A stretch of DNA of 44,165 bases from Catajapyx aquilonaris (lineage: Eukaryota): positions 1 through 44,165 of the forward strand of contig KZ538854.1 in the NCBI GenBank assembly GCA_000934665.2, given 5' to 3'. The notes under the pieces were generated by a model that was not told the origin of the DNA, did no database searches, and saw only the letters and a program-made list of their open reading frames with translations. Position numbers and translations under genes: made by a program. Position 1 is the stretch's first letter. Every line of letters starts with the position of its first letter. Below, piece by piece: positions 36,101-44,165 of this stretch.

Positions 36101-37167
36101 TAGTTAGATATCGTTACCTATAGGGTGATAGTTAAGTTTTGTCGCCATATAGACACTACCGGTCTTCCCCATGGGCAACCTTTCAGTAACAGTCACGGAT
36201 GGAGGAGGAAAAAATTACCTGAAGCAAAAGGAGCGGAAAACGCCTTATATTGCATGTTCCACTTGATTGCAACGCAAAGAATGTCATAATTTCCGTGAAA
36301 CTATTAACTAACATCTAGTAGATTACCCGTCGCGTAGATTCGAACTAATTGCTTTTTCCCTAATAAGACGATTGCAGTTCACCCGACGAGATGGACGCCG
36401 GATATCTTTAGAAAATTATTACGACTTTTTCATCTTCTTCATCGCGTAGAAAGTACCTATAGCACTCCACACCAGCGGAATTCATTATACAAGACTATTC
36501 TGCTTAAACATGCAGAAACGCGCCGGCTATATGCTGAATAACGAACCATGCTAATTTTCTTCTTGAAGTACTGTTTTTCATGCAAAGATCAAGAGGAAAG
36601 TATTTAAAGGGTGCTTACCTGGCTGTGGGTATACTCAGTTTAGGAAACACTCATTAAGAAATACAGTACTTAAGCTTAAACTAGTTGAGCTAAGAAATCT
36701 AGCATTTTAACAGGCACGTCATAATTTGATTAAAATATGGACAGGAGTTTGTAAAATTAGCTAGTTTTTACTGCTTTTATATACAGTACAATATACAGTC
36801 CTTCCGTAAACATTCAAAGTAAAAATGTTGCGAAAAATTTTAAAGCAAAATTTCATCTAAGCACTATAACATTACACCATGTATACCGCGCGATATTTTC
36901 CTTTGAAGTAAAAAAGGGAGGCAAAAATCGCCTCAGTGTACTAAGCTTCCTTGCTTGAAATATGAAAATTCAAATACACCCCCCTCCCTCGAAAAAAAAC
37001 TTTGTACTAGTATTGAATAAACAGAATAAACAAATGAACTGAAAATTGCCTTTAGTACCAAAAAAGTTTTCCTCGGTTCTCCACTGAACTGGTTAACCGG
37101 AAGGAAGGGAAAAAAATTTTCACCGAAGTTTCATTAACGATCCCAACAGGCTAAGAAAGGGGGTTGA

Positions 37168-37181
37168 NNNNNNNNNNNNNN
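37168..37181. other. Assembly gap (14 N) next to a G-run; also a single N at 22293 in a C-run
   Basis: Direct reading. Confidence 0.99.
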
Positions 37182-37909
37182 GGGGGGAGGGGGGGGGTTT
37201 CCTCATGAATATACATCAGTGGAGCAACGTTTCAATTAATGCAGGGTGTGAGAAGAAAAGACGCTTCAATTTTTTCTTACTTCCTCTTGGCCGATTCTAT
37301 TCGTTACTATGAAGTAATAGAAATCGACCAAATACAAGATTTTTAAAAAAAAATACTTTCTCCATTAGATTCCAAACCGAGCTTTACTTTGGCGCGGAAA
37401 TCGCTCGATCGACTCTTTAATCGCTGCCTGTCGGCATTACCTATCATAATTTTATAAACAGGGCTCATGCAAATTCATATGCAGCGAGTTCATTAGTCAC
37501 ATCAAGAGTGAATAATTAACTTGCACTTATTAATACAAGCGCAATGAGCTTTTCCCCAATGGGGAAACCCACACGAGGAAGTGTTGTCCAGTAAACATGT
37601 AAAAATTAATTAAACATTTGAGAAAATGGTTAAAAATCGACGAATTTAAGTAAGAGCTTACGTCATCCTCACTTTAAGACGTGTGTATATGTGAGTGTTG
37701 CGAGCATGCAGCCTGCACATCACGAGCACACTAATTACCTCATTACGCCCCTGTGTGCATGTGTAGAGTAAAACATGCATTAACACAATGATGGCGCCGT
37801 GCATGTTGACTTTGGTGTGAAGAAATTGCACCATGTTTCCCCAATCAATCCGTTCAAATCTTGTACACAATTCATCACCACACCATGATATCCCTTTACT
37901 CAAAAATTC

Positions 37910-37985
<76 letters not shown>
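37910..37985. repeat. (AAT)n microsatellite, ~25 units
   Basis: Direct reading. Confidence 0.98.
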
Positions 37986-37986
<1 letters not shown>

Positions 37987-38162
37987 CCCCATTTTTTGTT
38001 CGTTTGTGGGGTTGAAGCATCTACCTGCCAGGAAGCTGATAACATATTGCAAGGCATGCACAGGAGGATATAACATCAACCTGAACAATACGCTACATTT
38101 TCAGATACTTTTCGAGCATGCCCAAGGCATTGTTCTCCAGCATATTATACTGTAGGTTCATG

Positions 38163-38258
38163 TCACTCACTGAAAGTCAGGCTCATAATACGCGACAAAT
38201 AAAAGCGTATCGACTCTTTTATTTGTAGCGTATTATGAGCCTGACTTTCAGTGAGTGA
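38163..38258. repeat. 96-bp near-perfect hairpin without an evident TSD
   Basis: 43-bp arms TCACTCACTGAAAGTCAGGCTCATAATACGC(G/T)ACAAATAAAAG with one mismatch and a 10-nt loop. Confidence 0.93.
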
Positions 38259-39737
38259 ATTTACAGCGTGTGTGTACTAAAGCCAAGCAGTTTAATATGA
38301 ATACTGCTTTATCACTGAGAAATGTCCAGCCCTACATATCACCGGTTCTGAGAAAGAGGCATATATACCTCCCATCCTGCATACCTCTAGCTGTGAAAAG
38401 CGCTTGGAGCCATGTGCATGCCCGTAACTCGAGACTAGTAACGGTGGCGCTGAAAGTTTGAGAGGATTTGGCCAAGTGGGGCAAAATAAAACTGCACGAT
38501 GTCCGGGGGAAATAATTACCCTAAAGTGTTCATAATATAGAGTAGTAATAGGCTTAGCGGAGCAACATCTTCCCCATAGCCGGCGGGATCCCCAGGCAAT
38601 TTTCCTAATCTGGGATCGCCGAGGAAAAACTTTGCTTCTACATAAATTACTCGGACTGGTATTACGCACCTGATATTATCTACAAACACGACGCGGAAAT
38701 TAGGGCATGGCAACAGTGTACTGCTGCTCTGGCCCTCCCTTGACTAAATCTTCTCCGAATAGCTCGCCTTGCCTCTCTCTACTCGGCCTGTATAATTTTC
38801 TTTGTGGAAAGAGGGATGGGGTCGATGAGTTCAAGCACCAGATTTATATTTTTAAAAATCAACAATTAAGCTCGAGCAGCAGAGGCGGTGCCGAAGATTT
38901 CCTCATGATTCATGGACTTTAGATGGCTCCACTCATATAACCGGGTATACTTAGCTCGCACTTTCTGCCTGATGACTCTACCGTATATAGAGCTCAGCTT
39001 TATTAATTTTCCTGCACCCGACGAATTCTGCAGAACATGCAATTGTGTAGGTAATTAGGGTGCTGCCGAATCCTTGTTGGTCACCTGTAGTGTGCACCTT
39101 GCAGGTCATTTGGGACCTATATCACTGACCTTTTATCTCTTGGCGGCGCACGTATATGATTCTAAAAGCCTGCGCACCGTTGCACACATTAAAAGGGGGC
39201 TTGCTCTACGATATGAGGCACAAATTAATATGATCTTCTATTTGGTGGTAAATGAGTGGTGTGCAGCGGTCATAAAAAGGAATTGTATAGCTCTGGAAAC
39301 AAGCGATGCAGCCATTTGGCACCATCAAAACTCTCGGTTTTAACTCTCAAAGCCCGCGGATTACAACCGACCCAAACCACCAACCGATCTAAGCGTTCAT
39401 TTGGCTAATGGACTGCCATGTGGATTGTGAAGTAGTTACTCCAACACAAAAACGCACATCCAACGCCGCCCGGAAACATGAAACAATGTGCCCTGCTTTC
39501 TTTGTTCGGGTTGAATCAACCGGAAATTTCCCGCCATTTGGACGTTTGCGCAGGTACTCAAATCAATCTTGCCGCTTTCCTATAATGCCAGGGTGATCCT
39601 CATGATCATCTCATGCTCTCTGCAATTCTAACACATATGTGTATTCAGCCCTCGACTCACAATGGGCAACAATATATCAACTATAACAAGAAAGTGGCAC
39701 CGTAAAAGACCGACGGTGTTGTAATGGTCATTAAGTA

Positions 39738-39877
39738 CTATTGGGTTCAAATACTTTTGGCCACTCTATCCTGGTCTTGAAGCAACCCTTCGCACAGACC
39801 CGACGTTAAGGAGGTGAGTGTGTGAAGGGTTGCTTCAAGACCAGGATAAAGTGGCCAAAAGTATTTGAACCCAATAG
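39738..39877. mobile_element. Tc1/mariner-type MITE, TA TSD
   Basis: TA|CTATTGGGTTCAAATACTTTTGGCCACT(C/T)TATCCTGGTCTTGAAGCAACCCTTC, ~58-bp arms with 2 mismatches. Confidence 0.9.
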
Positions 39878-40459
39878 TACATAAATAAATACAGTATCAA
39901 TAATGTAATGATTAATTGTGACGTCAGCAGAGTACGTCATAATAATCTTTTTTTGCATTTCCTCTTGTAAACCGATCAATTCGAAGGTTAATTAAATCAC
40001 TCTCGACTTATCCCTCTTTGCAAATCAATAACATATTTTGTGACCCACAACAATCAAAACTGCTCGTTATGCATGAGGATGGCATGCTTTGTTCCTTTCA
40101 GCTGGCCATTTAATCAATAGCAAAAATGTACACAAACATAATAAGCCCATCACTACGAAGCGGCGCTTTACTAAAAAAAGGGGAGGGCTGTAACTTGTTC
40201 TTTTTTGACATTTTACATATGTGGGGCGTACACAGGCATAATATTGGCCCACTATTTATGGGCGTGCAATTTTTTTTGCGCCTGCCCCTTTGACGCCATT
40301 TATAAAGTGTAATTAATTATACATGATGCTGGCTGCTGGGTATGAATATCACACATGTGAGTCGAAATAAAACCGGAAGTGGCGCTCACAAAACTGGTTT
40401 CCTCATACCCTTCCAACGGTTATTTCAACTAATTTTTTGAATATTTGTGGCTATTTTAA

Positions 40460-40865
40460 ACTCCACCCACAAAACAAATTTGGCTCTAAAAATCGGCAAA
40501 AAAATCCTGAATCCGACGGCGCAATTCGTTTTTCGCTAAGCGGAACGGTAATCCCAGGGCGAGGTGCCAAAGTCTGTCGTCTGCTAATGAGCGGCGTCGC
40601 CACGCGGGGAACAGGGGAACTGGAGGGCTGCACCGCTCTGGGATGGGCCTAAGAGCTGGCAGGCGGGAGCAGCCCTCCAGTTCCCAAGGTCCCGAGGGCG
40701 TCGCTGGCGGACGGCCAGCTTCTAGCGCACTATTTGAATTTCCTGACTTTGACCCCTCGCCCTGGGATTACCCTTCCGCATAGCGAAAAACGTATTGCAC
40801 CTTCGGATTCAGGATTTTTTGCCCGATTTTTAGAGCCAAACTTGGTTTTTGAGTGGAGTGTCCCT
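40460..40865. mobile_element. Kolobok-type MITE, TTAA TSD, left terminus missing ~6 bp
   Basis: Right end GAGTGGAGTGTCCCT|TTAA and left TTAA|ACTCCAC. Arms of ~105 bp (TTTGGCTCTAAAAATCGG..AATCCCAGGGCGAGG) and inner IR GGGAACTGGAGGGCTGC / GCAGCCCTCCAGTTCCC. Confidence 0.85.
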
Positions 40866-42332
40866 TTAAGAATAGCAGTTACAAGTATTATTATAAAAGA
40901 ACGAAAGTACAGCCCAGTGGTCCAGACATCTTCCCAGCAGCACCGATCGGGCTCTGATCGATTACCCTGGACACACACGCATACTCATGCGTGCACCCTA
41001 GTAAGTAGGAAGAAAATGGAAAGGCTGAATATGGTAGCCTGGTCTAAGCGAGTCTCCTGGCGTGCTTTTACTGCGGGCGGAACTTCATCAGGCAGGCAGC
41101 GGCAGGAAAGGCCGTTAGGGCGAGATGGCGTCCTCCGGAATGGAGCAGGGCGCGAATCGCCCACCCACACAAATTTTCCGCACCGACTCGGCTTCAAAGA
41201 TGCAGGGAAAAGGAGCCAGAGGACCTTCTCCTATCCACCTCTTTAACGATCTCATTTCTTCGGCCTCGTTCGCACTATTACACTAACAAGAAGTCCTCTT
41301 TTTCACCACTGCCCACGCCCATTTCTACTTTGCCTTCGTTGTACACCCGGATCACTTGCCTCCGGAGGCACTTACAGTGCACTCTACTTACGTCAGAGTG
41401 CATATACAGTACCTACGGTACACTGCAGACTAATTCGGGCTAAGCGGGTGGAAAAATGGTCTGGACCCTGCACGTTACGTGATGGGTAAGAAATCAGTGG
41501 GATAATTACAGAGCTCTTTGCTGGATGATAGCATCATTGAGCTTATCTATAGGGGCCTATCTCAGCCTTTTTTTTCTCTCTGAGTGAGCGTGTAATCTCA
41601 GCAGAAGGCCGTTCACTGGCTGGGTAATTACAGGAGTCACTTCCGTGTTGATACTGGCTGAGAAATTTTTTATGGCTCTGGAAAGTATTATTATAAAGGT
41701 GTGACATAATTTAAAAGGTGTATGGATATAAAGTGTCATTTGTGCCAAAAACCTAAATAACACGTACAGAACAGAGAACATAATCAGAACAGTGCAGTGG
41801 GTAGAGCCCTAAGCAGTCCTGTAATTTATATAGAGTGTAACTAGGCTATCCCCTCCCTAGTTATTTTCTATTGTCAGGTCTCACATTACACAGAGTGTTT
41901 CGTAATGATTTTGACAAACCTATATGGTTGCATTACTGGACCGCAGATGATCACTTTATGTATAGTGGTGTCATTTGGTTTACGCAACCTGCTGATTACT
42001 GAGGTAATGGACTTCGACCGCAGACATAAAATCTCGTGGCAGGTATGTGCCTCTCCGCGCCAATTTCTCTTCTCGTTTAAAATAAAAGAATGACCCTATA
42101 TCAGTTTTAATTTCAATTGTGAACTGAATAGGTTTATTCATAATGTGAAAGAGTCTGATAAAATGAATTCAAAAATGTTGACTCATGATATCGCAAAATT
42201 AGTAGTCTACTCGCTAACCCAGGCAAGAAAATATTATAGTAGGCCTATAGTAAACGGTGACAAAATTTTTAAAAAACAACAGGACTTTGACTCCTGTCCT
42301 CTGATCAAGACAGTTTAGTCTAATTTACACAT

Positions 42333-42412
42333 ATGAATCGGTCATTTTGAAAAGGGCAATATTCACATGAAAAGGGCATTGAATCTTGCCCTTTTCAAAA
42401 TCACCGATTCAT
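42333..42412. repeat. 80-bp hairpin / MITE remnant
   Basis: ATGAATCGGTCATTTTGAAAAGGGCAATATTCA / TGAATCTTGCCCTTTTCAAAATCACCGATTCAT. The loop repeats TGAAAAGGGCA. Confidence 0.8.
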
Positions 42413-44165
42413 GTAATGCAAAACAATGGTGGATAATCACATAAATTATGTCGACCTTAGTTTTAGTTGTAATACTGTATTTCTAAGATAAAACAAACAT
42501 TGCATATAATAATTTCTTAATACAGAGGCTGTTATTCTCCACGAAAAATTATGTAAATTGGGTGTTCATAGTTCCTTTATGCGAAAGGCAGCGTTTACAG
42601 CACTGAATAATATCGTGTTCTTATGCACCACCCATGATCTTAGAGGCTGCAGGTCTTCAACCAGTGGACGCTGACCCCATGGGATAATGGCTGAGCCTTA
42701 TATAATATTAATGGGCTGATGGGGGCTGAGCTATTTTAATAGGGCAAATATTCTAATACGTCTACCTATATAGGTAGTAACTCTCGAGATCCATTATCAT
42801 CATAACAGAAATTCACTGGAAATTCAGAAACTGAAAGGTAGGCCACGTGAGTGTTTCAAATTATAGGAGGGTACCAATCGTACCATGATACTATTATAGC
42901 AGGTCTATTAATAAAAATGATAAAAATGGTAATGTTCCCTGCAAAGTTTGCGTAAGCAAGCGTTACACTGCAAAAAAGGCGAAATATCACTTGTATAGGC
43001 TATTATATAAACGCAGATCTCCCTTAATAACTTAGTTACATCGTTTCTGAGGAAGGCATGATGTCGTTAGAAAAAACATTAGTTGCCATGGAAAATTTGG
43101 GATCAAATTTCCCGTAGCTGCCTCACTATTTTTACGTACCTGATCATATTCATTACTTGATAATTAATTTATTGCAAGTCGCGTACTCTGTGTCAAAAAG
43201 TTTTGTACCAATGAATATCCTGGAGCGATGAAACCATCAGGATTTTGTCAAGGTGAAGGTTTATCCCCAATAACTTTTACCATGGTTGAGTGTTGATGGC
43301 TGTATGGTGCCAGGATATACACTTGTGAAACATTTTGTAAAACAAAATACATTTTTGTAATGCTGCCAACCTAAAACCTTCAAACAATGAGTAGCCTACT
43401 GCATTATATCAATAGTAGGCCTACCGTCTATAACTCTATATGCCTATACTGTGTGGGGAGTGTGCAAAGAGTATCGCCCATAATAAAACCTGTAAGTAAG
43501 CCGAGCGATCCTTTTTGCCCATCAGAGGTGAATGTGTACAGTACTACTTATTTGCTTACTTTTGTATAAAATCATTAGATTTACAAAAATAAAGGATGGG
43601 CTACGACGAAGGCACTGACGAAGATAGATTATGAACATGTCACTGCACCAGGAAGCCCGGAACCGACAGGTGCTGATTGGATTCCAAGGCATATTTTAAA
43701 ACGGAAAGGTATGAAAACGGAAGATATAAAAAAGAAAAGGTAAGTCCACAAAATTCCGTGATGAGATTAATATTGCGCGATGCTGTCATTGCACATGTCC
43801 TTCTGCACTTGCACTTAGGCTGGGACCGGTTTTATCCGCAGGAAACTAACGGGTAAAACGGGTTTGCTATAGTAGGCCTAACAATATTTTCTCACAACCA
43901 AGCAAGTTTTACGTCATAAAATCCTCCGAAAGTATAAGTCGGGCTTTCTATTTCTATTATATGGCACGATATTATCCTTTGTCTATTATTTTATGCCCCA
44001 TCTACTGTACAGTGCTGGACATATTAGCCGTCGCTGAATGTTTTTTCCGGCGGCGGCGTTACCTGGCAACCCTGTCCGGCGGGCCAATTCAAACATCAGC
44101 CCATGGAGAGCGCTTCCATTGTTGCCACAGTTTACAAATCGAGTGAGCGACGCGGACGACCCAGC

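Noticed and set aside
37155..37167. AGAAAGGGGGTTGA as the 5' TIR of the 34.5-36.1 kb piggyBac
   Set aside because: Poor match to CCCTTCTGCA, no TTAA, and it abuts an assembly gap.
40734..41246. Longest ORF (170 aa)
   Set aside because: Begins inside the Kolobok-type MITE arm and continues in low-information GC-rich sequence; no domain.

Overview
This is non-coding animal (probably invertebrate) genomic DNA, not a prokaryotic locus. I find no intact protein-coding gene, rRNA, true tRNA or CRISPR array, and the short ORFs in the track are chance ORFs or pieces of decayed transposon genes. The window is a layered transposon graveyard. It holds about 15 non-autonomous inverted-repeat elements: TA-flanked Tc1/mariner/pogo types, a TTAA Kolobok type, an 8-bp-TSD hAT type and a ~3 kb foldback with two nested MITEs. 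It also holds a non-autonomous Helitron inserted inside a MITE and a full-length tRNA-Arg-derived SINE with a perfect 15-bp TSD. Heavily frameshifted coding fossils are recognisable only by the order of their motifs: about five LINE pieces, two to three piggyBac, one Sola-like and one possible Gypsy protease. Between them lie (TAT)n/(ATC)n microsatellites and AT-rich blocks dense in homeodomain/POU/Sox/Fox-type sites, consistent with a gene desert or large intron near a developmental gene. All fossil calls come from by-eye translation and need profile searches. I see no solid evidence for a new enzymatic system. The best leads are possibly uncatalogued repeat families, MITEs carrying CRE/NRF1/CTCF-like motifs, and near-perfect hairpins.
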